NCBI RefSeq assembly: GCF_963921235.1
Contig: NC_086108.1
Span: 26,724,001 to 26,788,000 of the forward strand
DNA from: Mobula hypostoma
Taxonomy: Eukaryota
Direction of reading: 5' to 3'
Length of the DNA: 64,000 nt
Position 1 is the first letter of the stretch. The number at the start of each line of letters is the position of its first letter. Made by a program: the position numbers and the translations under genes. The notes under the pieces were generated by a model. That model saw only the letters and a list, made by a program, of their open reading frames with translations. It did no database searches and was not told the origin of the DNA. Below, piece after piece: positions 36,901 to 51,439 of the stretch.

Positions 36901-39109
36901 AAATTTAAAAAGATTTTTAAGATGAAAATGAACCATAGAGTTTGCATTTGAATTGCTAAGTTTGCTGGCAAAAAAAAATCAATGGCATTATGGGCACTCT
37001 CATCTTGTGCTTGATTTTTACATAGTGCATTAAGTGCCAATTCAGTGAAATTTCAGTTTCCTTATAGATTATTATTAGGTACTTTGCTGTTTTTCGTTAG
37101 TTGAAGCCAATACACTATCAAGTCAACTTCATGACCACTTATTGCTGCTGTTTGTCTGATGACGTATGTTTTTTGTCTTTAAATTTAGGATTAATCTTTC
37201 AAAATTAGGTAAATTCCAGCAGTAAATGATTGCTCATTACGAACTTTCTAATTGGACTTTTCTAGCACCAGATACACCAATCTAGTTAACATTACTTTTA
37301 TGTAACTACAACACTGAAAGGGCACATCACATCTGTTTACAACTGTCACAATGTCGTTATCCTTTTCATTTGCAGACTAGGTCCTGCAAAGAGCTAGTTT
37401 GCAAACGAACAGGTAACAAAACTGTATCATTTTCTGAGACAGTGCCTTGGATTGTAGAAGATTTGCTTCCAATGTGGTTTTGTAGGTTCCAAGGTTGTTG
37501 TATGAGCCCAATATGCAAACTGCAGACTCTTCAGCAATGAAGCAGGAGGTGACTAAATGGTAGTTTGTGATGTACTGTGTTCTTCACCACTTATGCACAG
37601 ATTCTGTACAATATTGATATATTACTTTAAGGTTCTCTTTTCTTTTTCAGTTACTCCTTCTCCACTTTGAGCGGTCATTGGCTTGGGATTCACTTGCAGG
37701 AATCAGTGAGAAAGTTGCACTTCTTCATCAAGGAAGCTTCAGCACATCCTTAAATCTTTTCCTCTAATCATTTTGCGATCTCCACCAAAAAAACAAAGCT
37801 CAGAGTACAGGGTATGTTTCAGGATCCCGGCATTGGGCACACCATGACATAAGCAGCCCATGAGGCTTCAGTTGAAGGTGATGATGTGCTGTGTAATTGC
37901 TTAATGTCTATGTGGATCTCAGCCAAGAAATCAAGGTATTCTATCCACATGTGATAGTAGCTACTAGAGAAAGACAACCACCAAAGCTTTTATCTATAAA
38001 CAAGGAACTGAAGTCATGAAATCTGAAGGGACACAGGTCACTCTTGTAGATGTAACCACAATTATAATGTACCCAACTATAATTTTAAAGAGTCGAATTG
38101 CTATGCTTATCAGAATAACAAGTCAACAGATATGAGTGTTGTCATGCAAGCATCATCAGAACAGAGAATGAGGTTTTCATTAGTCACACAAAGAGAATGA
38201 TAACACAATTATGGCAGGTGACAGCACTTGCTTTAATTTGCTACTCTGCAAGCAACTGTACTACAAGGCGACCAAATTATAAAGTCACAAACCTGACTGA
38301 TGGGAAGCCAGTAAAGATGCAAATCAACAGTGGCAGACTTCCGTTGTGAAGAATGAGACATACAAAAAGTTGTTTAGGTGTCTATCTTATTAATAAGAAA
38401 TAAAGCCCTAAGATTTATTCATGAGGTTTCCAAATTCTAGGGACAGGTGCACCCTAAAACATGCTAAGAAAGTCAGAGCTTTATAGCATATTGTTTATTG
38501 CATGTGGACTGCACTGTGTGTCCAGAGATAACAAGAGTATATATTGACTGGGGAGAAATGTTAGCTGTCAATGCTGATGCTCTGTGCAGATTACTGCACG
38601 AATTGTCTGTTGCTAAGAATGAGATTCCAATTTCCACATTCCAGCTCTTTGTTGTTGATTTCTCATTAGGTTGTTGACTTGACTCTATTAGACACATTAT
38701 TAAGGCAAGTCTATGAGCACAATTTGAGAAGATGCAGCAGCCTGGACAAATATCCAGCTGAAGCCTTGCTGCTATTCAACAATCGCAGTTTGAGTTATCA
38801 ACCAATCAAGTCTGCAATTTGTGAACAGTAAAGAGTAATACACCCAAAACTTAGTATGACCATTCACTGAACTAGTGTTAATTTTATCTAAACAGGAGCA
38901 ACTCTTGTGTTTATCAATACCCACTCAAAATGAACTGAGTTCAGTTATGTAAACCAGAACCTGAAGACAAGAATGAAAATGTCGAAGGACCGTGGACCTG
39001 TATGCATACACCACCTTACAGTGAGATTATGGCTAATCTTTCAAGTTTCAATCGTGTCCAATACATCTTTGTAGTGAACAATGCAGTGATTGAGTCTCCT
39101 TGCATAAAG

Positions 39110-40400
39110 ATTTCCAGATACTTACCACTCACTGGATGAAGCAATTTCTTCACATAAAGAATGTAAACCATTTAAGACTGTAAATTCCGGTTTTAGCTGA
39201 CCCAGCCTGGGGAAGCATTCTCAAGCCTCAGTATGTTTCAATAAAATCACCTCTCATTCTTCTAAACTCAAGAAGAGAATAGACAGTTTACTTAACATTT
39301 CCCCAGTCACACCTGCTATCCAGAAGTCATAGAATTGTACTACACGGAACCAAGCCCTTTCAACCTGCTTTGTCCAAAGCAAGTATGATGCCTATCTATG
39401 CTAATCAGATTTGCCTGCACTGGGCCTGTAATTCCTATGCAGTTTGTATCTAATTATCTGTCCAAATATTTTGGTAACATTATAATTGCATCTGTCTTTA
39501 CCACTTCTTTTGGCAGCTTGTGCTGGGTAACTATTCCCCTTTGTGTGAAAAACCTGCCCCTCATATCTCAATTAACATTCCCCCCTATTCCATATGATGA
39601 ATCATTGCTGCATTCTCTCTGAAGCAAATATATCCTTTCCTGTACCCCACACCTTTACACAATATTTCAGATGCTATCACACTAGGCCCTATGTAATGGG
39701 CGTAAGACATCTCCACTCTTGTACTCAAGTTCTCTTGCAATAAAGGCCAACATACTTTTGCCCTCCTAATTGTTTGTAGGATGTTACTTCCAATGATTTA
39801 TATACAACCACACTCAAGTTCTTCTGAACACACCAACCTTTCAAGTTATTGCCATTTAACAATACTCTGCCTTTGTTTGCTTTTCTTCTTCTTGCAACAA
39901 AGTGAATGACCCCACATTTATCACAGGACATACGAGAGGACATGGCTTTATGTATTTAGGGTGAGAGGGGAAAGGTTTAGGGGGAACATTAGGGGGAACT
40001 TCTTCACTCAGAGTGTGGTGGGAGTGCAGGACAAGCTGCCGTCTGACTTAGTAAACGTGGGCTCACTCTTAAGTTTTAAGAATAAATTGGTTAGGTACAT
40101 GGATGGGAGAGGTTTGGAGGGTTATGGACTGGATGCAGGTCAATGGGACTGGCAGAATAATGCTTTGGCACAGACTAGAAGGGCCGAATGGCCTGTTTTC
40201 TGTGCTGTAGTGTTCTATGGTTCTATGACATTGTAGGTGCTTTTCTCATGTCTTCATTCATCCTTTATCCAGTCTATTTCACGCTGCAACGTCAAAAAAA
40301 AAACAAACTCTTAATAGATCTGTTGAACAGGATGTCCTTTTCGTGAGGTCATGATGACTCAGTCCATTGCTACGATAATTTTCCAAGTACCCATTTTCAG
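39110..40400. mobile_element. Cluster of nested CR1 3' fragments on both strands
   Basis: NFFTQSVVGV (39961-40236, plus strand) and DKCGVIHF (minus strand). Confidence 0.7.
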
Positions 40401-41729
40401 CATTTTCCCTATTATTGATGTCAGCTACTTCATCACACACATGTCCACATTTATTCTTGCTTATTCTCACTTTCACTTTCACTCAAACTGTGGGATTATT
40501 TTTGCTGTCTTTTAATTTATCCAATTGAACTTGGAAGGAGACAACTGGCATCCATTATTTGCCTAGAAATCTCTGTCATAAACTTGGGATTAATCAACTT
40601 TCTTCCTATTAATTCATCTAACACTATTTAATATTTATGCCAGAAGAACTCAGCAGGCCAGGCAGCATCTATGGAAAAGAGTACAATCGACGTTTCAGGC
40701 TGAAACCCTTTGGCAGGACTGAAAGGAAAGGTTTAGACTTCTTCAAGGTAGGCATCCCTGGAAGAGACTTCATGGTGTAGTACTCCAATCACAAACAAGA
40801 GAAATCTGCAGATGCTGGAAATCCGAACAACACAAAAAATGCTGGACGAATTCAGCATGCCAAGCAGTATCCATGGAAAAGAGTAACAGTCGATGTTTCA
40901 GGCCAAAACCCTTCAGCAAGACAGGACTGTGTGTGTTACTTGGATTTCCAGCATCTGCAAATTTTCCCTTGTTAATACCTAACCTGATTTCTTTGGACCT
41001 GCTGTCCACCATTGAATGTGAACACAGCATAGAAGGGTTGAATTTGATCTTTATTTGTAATATAAGCCACCAGAACTAGCATTCAACAATGCACCACATT
41101 TGATAATATATTTCTGGGAGCTTTATTGATACAATACTGTAACCATTTCTTCATCCTGCTTCTAATGGGAAGGAGAGAGATTTGTGTAAGATCTGCAAGA
41201 ATCCCTGAAGAAGCAAGTATCACAGGGTACATGGTAGATCAAAAATTGGCTAGCATCTTGATTAAAAAGCACAGCACTTCACACTCTGCCAGTTGCTTTG
41301 GACTAGCAGAGCTATTAATAGCTTGCTGTACTTTTGCACAATTCAACCATGTTCAGGCAGAGCAGAAAGGAACCAAATAAAAGAAAACAAACTGTATATG
41401 TTTAAGTCATCTGAACAGTGAGCATGTTTGTGACTCAGCAAAGGGAGCTTTAAGAAGTCTCTTGTCTTTAAATCATGTCAGAGATGTCAAAGTTAAGTTT
41501 ATTGTCATATGCACAAGTAGACTTATGCACAGGTTGAGTGAAAATCTTACTTATAGCAGCATCAGATACAAAACATTCAAAAGAAGAAAATCAATTAACC
41601 ACTTTTACATAAAGAACACAGTTAAAACAAAGATAAATCAAGACCATTGTAGTACAAATTGGTCATTGTGTTTCTATACTGAAGTAATGATTGAAATTGT
41701 GCAGGTTGGTTCAAGAACCAAATGGCTAC

Positions 41730-42250
41730 AGAGTCACAAAGAAGTACAGCATAGAAACAGGCCCTTCAGCCAATCTAGTCCATACTGAAACCATTTAAAC
41801 TGCCTATTCCCAATGACCTGCACCAGGACCATAGCCCTCCATATCTCTACTATCCATGCACTTATCCAAACTTCTCTAAAATGTTGGAATCCAGCTTGCA
41901 TGGACTCCATGTGCTGACATCTCATTCCACACTCTCACAACCCTCAGAATGAAGAAGATTCCCCTCAAGTTCCTCTTAAACTTCTCACCTTTCACTCTTA
42001 AGCCATCAGCTCTGGTTGTAGTCCCACCCAATCTTAGAGGAAAATGCCTGCTTGCATTTACCCTATCTATACCCCTCAGAATTTTGTATACCTCTGTAAA
42101 ATCTCCTCTCAATCTTCTACATTTTAAAGGATACAGTCCTAGCCTATTCAATCTTTTCTTATAACTTAGGTCCTCCAGACCTGGCAATATCCTTATAAAT
42201 TTTCTCTGCACTCTTTCAACCTTGTTTACATCTTTCCTGTAGGTAGGTAA
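41730..42250 (-). mobile_element. CR1 3' fragment
   Basis: ERVQRKFIRILPGL and RRLRGD..EVYKIL. Confidence 0.88.
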
Positions 42251-42499
42251 CTGCAACTCCTATCTGACAGTAAATGTGAAAAGATGGCATGGCCAGGGCA
42301 TGTTTGATAATCGATGTTGCCTTCCTGAGGCATTGCCTCATGGTGCAACTACCATTGGTGGTGGCTTGCTAATCTGCATTATATGTTATTGGCAAGAATA
42401 TTTTATAAACCAGGAGAGTTATTATGATTACTATTTCTAACATATAGTCAGACCTATGACATATCTAAAGAGGGCGAGGGCAAGGGCATAATGAATGTA

Positions 42500-44503
42500 G
42501 TATTGAAGATTACTTGTATTTCTTTACTTTAATCAGGCTCTTTGCATTGATATTTAATTTTCAAATCACACCAAGCTTAAATGATGAAATTTTCCCTTCT
42601 GTATCAACTAATTATTTCAAAATTTTCTTGACTAATCATTGATACTGTCGTTTATCTAGTTCATATGACTGTATGAGATAGACCAACAATTAAAGATACA
42701 CAACATTTACATCAATATGGAGTTGAGAGAGGTTGAAAGTGGGGGAGTGGGGGAGGGAGCGTTACGCTAGTGTAAGAAGGTTTCCGTGTAATGGATGATA
42801 ACCTTTGGTAGTGTTAATATTATTCCACATTGGCAAAGACATCTGACAATCAGGAGTAATCGTTCCATTCCCTTTTCGACAGAGCCTTTACTGTGGACTT
42901 CATGGAATATACTCGGGGGGCATTGCATGTGCCTAGGGCTAGACATTTTAAGATTTCATCCCAAACACCAATGAAACACAACACAAGCCATGAGAGGTTG
43001 TGTAAGGAAGAATGTACTTGAAGAGTACGTGCTCCAAAGGTGAGAAATAAGGGTGTTACTGTGCAAATAGTTGACCTGAATTCATTAAAGTGTTGAAGTG
43101 GAGCAAGATGGTTTAGCCAAGAATTGTGATGGATATTCACATCTTGCTCATCTTTGCTGAGCTTGCAAACTTAACTTGTATTTCTAAACACGTTTGAAAG
43201 GTCACAAACAGATATAGGTATATTTCTAACTTTATTGCTTTGTTTGTTTGGTTATAAAAGAAAATCAGTCTTCAGTTCTTAAAATGTAAGTGGAGCAGTA
43301 ATCAATTTGAAGTTAAAAAGCATTCTATGGAACAGCTTTGCAAATAAGCTATGCATTTTGAAGACACATTCTGTGTGAAAGTCAATGTCAGTAAATGCAC
43401 TTGCTTTATTTTTGTTCAAAAGTAAAGTATAAGACAATGAGTTGTTTAATCTAGACAGTTTAAACAGACTCTTGAGTTGCTTAGTTCAAGGAAGCTTGCA
43501 GAACAGATGGATAATATCATTTAGCATATTAGCATATCCATAACTGATATATTTATAGTTGGAATGGTTTTATGTATTCAGAAGTTGGCTTTACTGCATT
43601 AATTGTGGAACTATGTCTTCAAAAGAGTTTTTAAACAGTTTGTGTTAAAAGGTAATCTGAGGAAATATCACAAACAAGAGAAAATCTGCAGATGCTAGAA
43701 ATCAGAGCAACACACATAAAATGCTGAACGAACTCAGCAGGCCAGGCAGCATCTAAGAAAAGCGTACAGTCGGTGTTTTGGGCTGAAACCCTTCGGCAGC
43801 ATCTTTTCCTAGATGCTGCCGCCTGCCTGGCCTGCTGAGTTCGTCCAGCATTTTGTGTGTGTTGCTGAGGAAGTATCATATGTGTGTCACCCAAATGGGA
43901 GGAGATAGGATACAAATGTAAAGAACAGTAGAGGTTTAATAGGAATGTGGTAAGGAACATTAAGAAACATGGAAGAAACACTAGAATCCATTCCTCCAGC
44001 TTCTGATTCTGTGATGGATGATTAGTGTGCCTAAAACTCAAGGGGATGTGTTTTAGTTTATAGGAATTGTATAGGAAATCCCTTGTGTGTTGAACATGGT
44101 TTATATGGAAATCCTTTATCCTTTGTGTTTTGCGCTTTAGAAACAGTTTGTAATTTGGAAATACTTTATGAGATAAAAATTCTCTGTGTGTTTTAAATGA
44201 GTTTTAAAAGTGTTTGGATTTAAACGTGTATCACTGAAAATGAATGAACTATGTTTTGAACTAATTGTTAGCTGAAAGTATCTTCTCCTTGGTAGGGAGA
44301 GAGGACCCACCACTCAAATAGTAGGTATTGGCAGTTATACACACCATGCAGAATAAACTGGGAAGTAAACTGTTCCTTGGAGATTGGCTAGGTACAGTAT
44401 AATCTCACTTTAGTGAAGTATTTGAAGCTATTTATATCCAATAAGGCTTAAGGTCTTTGTTTGAGTTTGGAACTTTGTGGTCAGCAAACCCAATACCATC
44501 ACA
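42500..44503 (+). repeat. 5' LTR of the foamy-like provirus (contains a Penelope-type palindrome at ~43669-43865)
   Basis: Collinear with ~60200-62845 (shared AAATGATGAAATTTTCC, CTAGGGCTAGACATTTTAAGATTTCA, AAAGAAAATCAGTCTTCAGTTCTTAAAATGTAA); ends CCAATACCATCACA. Confidence 0.82.
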
Positions 44504-44505
44504 GT

Positions 44506-44523
44506 TGGCTCCCACTGTAGGCA
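44506..44523 (+). promoter_or_regulatory. Degenerate primer-binding site, tRNA-Lys1,2-like
   Basis: TGGCTCCCACTGTAGGC, 2 nt after the LTR-terminal CA; foamy consensus is TGGCGCCCAACGTGGGGC. Confidence 0.55.
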
Positions 44524-44600
44524 CCTTATACTAAAAGTATTATTTTAGAAATAATTGTTATTTAGCAGCAGTTGAACTCAGAGAGTTCTCAAAAAGTGTG

Positions 44601-45600
44601 ATGGCACCTTACCCAGTACTATAAACTGTTCAACATCCTGGTTTCCAGCAGTGGCACAGGCAAATACTAGTTGATATTATGAATGTGTTAATAGTATAGC
44701 AGAAATATGGGATAATATCCCAACTGCTCCTCAAATTGAACATGATGAATATTTTATTCTTGAAGTAAGATACTGGAATATGCAATGGGCTGGGTTGACC
44801 AGACCCAAACAGTTCGGGTGTCCAGGAGATGTGGTAATAAGTATATAACACAACAAAGCAACACGCCTAATTCATTATCATAAAATAGAAAGTACAAATA
44901 AACCACACAAAATACAACATAGTAAGTTATAAAGATTTCCACAAAGATTTCAGAGCTCACAATTCTTAGTCTCCATTTGATTGCTGCTGTCTTCGTGGTA
45001 GTTGATTGCTGCTGTTGTCAGGGGATCTCTGAATTCCAACTTGTGAAATCTTACTGGGTCTCCTTGGCACTGATCGTGATTCTTTGGTCTAGGTGAAGTT
45101 CCAAGAACCAAGGGAAAGGTGCCCCAATAAATAGGGGTTCCCAGATCACAGAGAGGCACACGGAGACAGACAAACTCTTTGATTTTTTCCTGTTCTCATG
45201 CCACTAGCTCAGCATGATTTCTTTAGGAATTCCACAAGTGTTGAGAGACAGGCAAAGGCAGATAACCTCAGTGGTCTTTTGTTCACATGCTTTTGGTGCC
45301 TGTGCCAGGAAAGAATCCAGCCACTCTCAGCAAACATTAGACATTAATAAACCTATAGTGTTTAACATGTAAAGACATCTTGCATGCTGCAAGCTCACAA
45401 AGAGTTAAAGTATCCTTTGGAGCTGTTCAGGCTTTCATCCAATATTTTACAAAATTGAATACATCACCACACAGAATGATGAAGGGATAGAATGTAAAGT
45501 CGGATTCAGATCAGACAGACCAAACACCATGTATGACCTGCTGAACTTAGAATATCACAATTTGTACCAGATTCCAACAATGCAGCAATAAATCTTGCCT
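44601..45600 (+). pseudogene. gag: Foamy-like gag, decayed
   Basis: NIPTAPQIEHDEYFILEVRYW at ~44714 (cf. PFV NIPRNPLHGEVIGLRLTEGW); LGEVPRTKGKVPQ*I at ~45089 (cf. TGEPPRNPREIPIWL); no CCHC knuckle seen. Confidence 0.65.
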
Positions 45601-45740
45601 GGAGGTAACAAATTGTCTCCTTTTTAGGTAAAAACCTAGCACCCTGGAGGGGACCACATGCTTATGTGATAGGACTTGGTGAACCATACATAATTCCGAT
45701 GCATGGGGATATTGTGTATTACATGTTTCAGGCACACATT

Positions 45741-45840
45741 AGGTAGTCCCCTTACCAGTAAACACTCCAGGTATTAATGAATCCCGGAGTGAGGTAGCCC
45801 CCTTACCAGTAAACACTCGAGGTATTAATGAATCCCGGAG
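45741..45840. repeat. Two-copy tandem duplication (51-bp period) in an unclassified, probably LTR-like insert (~45710-46295)
   Basis: AGGTAG(T/C)CCCCTTACCAGTAAACACTC(C/G)AGGTATTAATGAATCCCGGAG twice. Confidence 0.85.
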
Positions 45841-46399
45841 AACAGATGCCTGGGAAAATGCAAAGGAATTACTGAAAAGTGACCGTAGTCAATAAAAGAA
45901 TAACACAGGGACAGGTTCCTGCTCAGAAGTCTCAGCAGCTTCACTAGTACAAGCCACTCATCAGATTTTAGGATCTTTGACAATTCAGAGTTTGCAGGCA
46001 GAATGAGCTGGTGCTGAAGGAATTCTGAAGCTATTACTTCAGAATGCCGGGAGGTTACCGTGCTTCTGGGCCACTTGTACTCCACAACATAGTCAGCAAC
46101 TCTTATTAATGTTACCTCCCACAGTCTTGGTGGCACCTCCACACGAGTGTGGAAATCCATATTCTTATAGAAACACCTGCATGATGCTAAGCTAGGGCAC
46201 ATCATCAATGATGTTACCTGGGGTCATCAGGTGTTTCGGGTCTTTCAACATCATACACCCTCGCCCGGAAAATAAATGACACAGATGTACGGGGGAGACA
46301 TCATACTGTATTCAGTAAAATAGTCAAAAGGTGGGGATAAGAACGGCCTATATCAGAGAAGAAATGGGAAGGGCAGACTGGGAGCTAGCTCATTCTATA

Positions 46400-49015
46400 C
46401 TGTCCCCCCTGTATCCCAGTGTGTGGAACAGCCCTTAATCAACACCTGATCAGCAACTTCAGGATGTTAGAAATATCCTGTGCACCCACATGGTGGTAGC
46501 AGGTTTGCTGCTCATTCCTACAGAAGGGCAATAAGGTGGCAGCACATGGTCCTCATCAACCTGTCATCGTCCCAATGAACAGGGGCAGGCAGCCAAGTTT
46601 CAGCTTTCCAGGGAGTATAGTTAGTGACTGCTGTTGTTTTCAGGCTCAGTCTGCCAATTATTGTCTGCCACATTCCTTCAGGGAAAGTCTTGGTACTGAA
46701 TTGTAGGAGTCCTATTTTTGTACTACTATTAGTGATTTTGTCTTTGGACCAAGTCTGAGTCCATTCCAGACCTTACTTTGCACTTGGGTTCACCACCATC
46801 CATAGCACTCTGATTGCAGCACGATTGAGCCAACATGAACCTAGCAGAGTATAAATGTCTATGAACCACATTTGCCTACCAGAGAGCAACTGTAGGCAGA
46901 CATGACAATATGCTTCAGGAGATGCTCACCACTCTCCAGAAACTCTCCTACTCCAGTAGGCAGGATCCAAGTTTGGCCCATGTGGCTGCCAGTTCCGGCC
47001 AAGTTCAAGCTGGAGACGCAATGAGGGATCACTGCACCTACTGGCTCCCAAGTGGTGCGATGGTAACCCTGAAGTGCATCAAGGATTCCTGGTACAATGC
47101 TCCTTGGCCTTTGAGTTACAGCCAACCAAGTTCCCATTGGAACACAGTAAGGTAGCCTATATCGTCTTGTTCCATGCAGGAAGAGCTCTTGCCTGGTCCA
47201 CTGCACTCTGGGAGAAGGGTTCACTCATCACTGCCAGTGCAGACCTATTGTCAGACACTTTGAGGAAGGTATTCTATCACCCCACTGGAGGACATGGATC
47301 TGTGATAAAACTCCTCAACTTGTGCCAGGGGAATCAGTCTATGACCAATTATGCATCTTGGCCACAGAGAGCAGTTGGAATATGGAAGCACTAACTGCTC
47401 TAATCCATAATGGATTGAGTGATGAGCTAAAGGATGTCCTTGTGGCTCAAGACCCAGTGGAGGACCTAAAGAGTCGTATGGACCTGGCGATTTGATAACC
47501 GATTAACAGAAAGGAAAAGGGATAGATGAAGGGTATTATTCTGAAGAGACTCTTATCCCTGACTATCCTATGTCCTCTCCTATCTCCTGGGCTTAGGCTC
47601 CGCCTCAGCCACTGCTGATCCCAGTCTCCGAGGAGCCTATAAATATAGGCCAGACAAAGCTCTCTCAAGCTGAAAGAGAGAAGAGGGACTTACTGTAAAG
47701 AGGCCGGACATGATCAGATCTCTTGTCCCAAGCTGCTGGGAAACACTTGGGACTGTCCAATGAATGGAGGCCTGAGATGGCTGCTAGCATCACTCCCGGT
47801 TCAGCTCCCTCCAGCAAGATGCTTCCCTTCGCTTTCATGGAGAGACCAAAGACATTGCCTAGATGCACTGATTGACTCTGAAGCAGAAGGGAATTATTTG
47901 GGCCCCAGAATGGCCAGAAGATTAAAAATCTCCTTTTCGTTTCTCGGCCATTGATTCGTTGACAAGGCCTGGATGGGGGACCTTTAGTGTCAGGGCAGAT
48001 CAACCACCAAACATCCCTGCTCAAGCTCAAGACCAGCCAGCATGTGGAATCAATCCATCTCCATTCCATTCACTCCTCCAGAAAAGCCTCTCATTCTGGG
48101 TCATCCCTGGCTGTCATCCCACAATACGAGAGTTAATTGGACTACTGGGATTGTTCTGGGTTGGTCAAACCAGTGAAAAAAGAAATGCATCCAAAAGGAG
48201 CAGAAGACCTTCTAAGTTGCTATAGGAAATAGGGTTTACTTCTGAGACTACCACCGAGACTACTTCTGATATATTTCCTGAATTACCTGTTGAACCTTCC
48301 ACCTCTAACCCCATTGCATCCCATTTGTCTAGGGTACCTCCAGAATATTCATACCTACTGGAGGACTTCAGAAAAAGGCCACCATTCCACCAGCTCACCG
48401 GAACTACAACTGTGCCATTTATCTGATAATGGATATTTGTCCTCCTTGGAGACGGCATTATTCTCTAAGATTCCCAGAGAGGAAAGCCATGGAAGACTAG
48501 ATCCCAGAAGTTCTGGCATCTGGGTTTATTCAGCCATCCACATTTCCCATTTGGGCCTGGTTTTTGTCACCAAGAAGGATGGAGGACTAAGGCCTTGTAT
48601 TCTACAGGAAGCTACATAAGATCACTGTTAAAAATTGGTACCTCCCCTCTCACATGAACATGGCCTTTGAGATTCTCCAGGGTGCTACAATATTTATCAA
48701 ATTGGGTCTCCGTAGTGCCTACAACCTAATTCACATTCGTGAGGGAGACAAATGGAAAATGGCATTCAACACACTTACGGGCCACTACGAACACCGGGTC
48801 ATGTTTTTCGGGTTGGCAAAAGCTCCAGTGATATTTCAAGCCTTCATCATTGATGTGCTCTGGGAGATGCTTTCCATCTAGATGATATACTCATTTTCTC
48901 GTGGTCCACTCAAGAACACATCAACAAGACTGGCAGATTCGACAACAGCTTCTCAAGAATCAACTATTTCATCAATCTCGAAGAGTGAATTCCATGTATC
49001 CATAGTCTCCTTCTG
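46400..49015 (+). mobile_element. 3'-truncated Tf2/sushi-like Gypsy element nested in the provirus
   Basis: gag SKVAYIV..GRALAWSTALWE, protease [52 protein letters not shown] and LDDILIFS. Confidence 0.9.
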
Positions 49016-49641
49016 TGGAACGTCTTAAACATCCACTTCCTCTCCTGCAGTTCAGAGAAAACAAAAGGTAAAGAAGGGGACAGGCTAACGTTATGGTTAT
49101 AAAAATTGCACAAGGGAATTTCCATAACAGCTCTGATCAAAGTGTTCTATCTAATGAATAGGGTTATTACTCTAGATTTTCCATATGCCAATGCTCATAC
49201 TTTTGGCAAAATTTGACCCTGCCATTTTGATACAGCAACAGACATACAACAGGTGCTGCAGGGATTGACTTGTAAAAGTATAAATCTTGCACAGATCTGG
49301 CTGATAGCTTCTGGTCATACCAACTTCTTGAAAGTGACAGACAGAGGCTATGCAATTGACATTAAAAATGTTCTGCTTTGCTGTACTGAAGTAAAATTTC
49401 ATAGGTATGACAATTACCAATCAGGGACATGGTCTAACCCCTGAATTTAGACAAAAAAAATCACTTGATTAGGATATCCAATTATCATAAAAGCCTTCCA
49501 ATCAACCATAGAACTATTGAATTGTGGTAGAGCTTTCATACCTTACTAGGCTCAGTGTTAAAACCATTGCACAACAGATGTAATCCAAAAAATGCAAAGA
49601 CTTGTTTTTATCCCAGAAGGCTGAGGTACTAGTTGTAAAGT

Positions 49642-51439
49642 GTTGGCGAATGGCCAAGTGGTTAAGGCGTCGGTCTAGTGATCTGAAGGTCACTAGTTCA
49701 AGCCTCAGCTGAGGCAGCGTGTTGCGTCCTTGAGCAAGGCACTTAACCACACATTGCTCTGCGACGACACCGGTACCAAGCTATATCGGCCCTAGTGTTC
49801 CTCCCTTGGACAACATCGGTGGCATGGAGAGTAGTAGTAGTAGTAGTCATACTTTATTGACCCCGGGAGAAATTGGTTTTCGTTACAGTTATATCATAAA
49901 TAATAAATAGTAATAGAACCATAAATAGTTAAATAATAATATGTAAATTTGCCAGTAAATTATGAAATAAGTCCAGGACCAGCCTACCGGCACAGGGTGT
50001 CTGACCCTCCAAGGGAAGGGTTGTAAAGTTTGATGGCCACAGGCAGGAATGACTTCCTATGACTCTCTGTGCTGCATCTTGGAGGAATGAGTCTCTGGCT
50101 GAATGTACTCCTGTGTCCACCCAGTACATTATATAGTGGATGGGAGACACTGACCAAGATGGCATGCAACTTAGACAGCATCCTCTTTTCAGACACCACC
50201 GTGAGAGAGTCCAGTTCCATCCCCACAACATCATTGGCCTTACAAATAAGTTTGTTGATTCTGTTGGTGTCTGCTACCCTCAGCCTGCTGCCCCAGCACA
50301 CAACAGCAAACATGATAGCATTGGCCACCACAGACTCGTAGAACATCCTCAGCATCGTCTGGTAGATGTTAAAGGACCTCAGTCTCCTCAGGAAATAGAG
50401 ACGGCTCTGACCCTTCTTGTAGACAACCTCAGTGTTCTTTGACCAATCCAGTTTATTGTCAATTCGTATCCTCAGGTATTTGTAATCCTCCACCATGTCC
50501 TGGATGGAAACAGAGGTCACCGGTACCTTAGCTCTACTCAGGTCTACCACCAGCTCCGTAGTCTTTTTCACATTAAGCTGCAGATAATTCTGCTCACACC
50601 ATGTGACAAAGTTTCCTACCGTAGCCCTGTACTCAGCCTCATCTCCCTTGCTGATGCATCCAACTATGGCAGAGTCATCCGAAAACTTCTGAAGATGACA
50701 AGACTCTGTGCAGTAGTTGAAGTCCGAGGTGTAAATGGTGAAGAGAAAGGGAGACAAGACAGTCCCCTGTGGAACCCCAGTGCTGCTGATCACTGTCGAA
50801 CACACAGTGTTGCAAGCACACATACTGTGATCTGCCAGTCAGGTAATCAAGAAACCATGACACCAGGAAAGCATCCACCTGCATCGCTGTCAGCTTCTTC
50901 CCCAGCAGAGCAGGACGGATGGTGTTGAACGCACTGGAGAAGTCAAAAAACATGACCCTCACAGTGCTCGCTGGCTTGTCCAGGTGGGCGTAGACACGGT
51001 TCAGCAGGAAGATGATGGCATCCTCAACTCCTGGTCGGGGCTGGTAGGCGAACTGGAGGGGATCTAAGTGTGGCCTGACCATAGGCTGGAGCAGCTCCAG
51101 AACAAGTCTCTCCAGGGTCTCCATGATGTGGGAGGTCAATGCCACCGGTCTGTCGTCATTGAGGCCGCTGGGGCGCGGTATCTTCAGCACAGGGACGAGG
51201 CAGGACGTTTTCCACAGTACAGGAACCCTACGGAGCCTCAGGCTCAAGTTGAATACATGGCAAAGTACTCCACATAGCTGAGGGGCACAGGCTTTGAGCA
51301 CCCTGGTACTGACACCGTCCGGTCTTGTAGCCTGAGAGTGGAAGCTTGCAGCCATCCATATAACTTTGCCCAGGCCTGCGCCCTGGAATCCATTCAAGGC
51401 ACAAATCCATGGTCTCACAAGACTAACAGATGCCTATAA
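49642..51439 (+). mobile_element. tRNA-derived SINE split by a Rex LINE
   Basis: A box TGGCCAAGTGG and B box AGTTCAAGCC at ~49651-49705; body appears to resume at ~51340. Confidence 0.7.
49833..51333 (-). mobile_element. 5'-truncated Rex1/Babar-type LINE
   Basis: FFDFSSAFNTI, GVPQGTVLSP, KFSDDSAIVG; (CTA)n tail; probable TSD GAGAGT at 49827-49832 and 51334-51339. Confidence 0.92.

Noticed and set aside
37430..39100. Faint retroelement-like coding remnants
   Set aside because: Too decayed to assign a family or boundaries by eye.
49642..49720. tRNA-like sequences here and at 29675
   Set aside because: A and B boxes are followed by SINE bodies; no convincing full cloverleaf.
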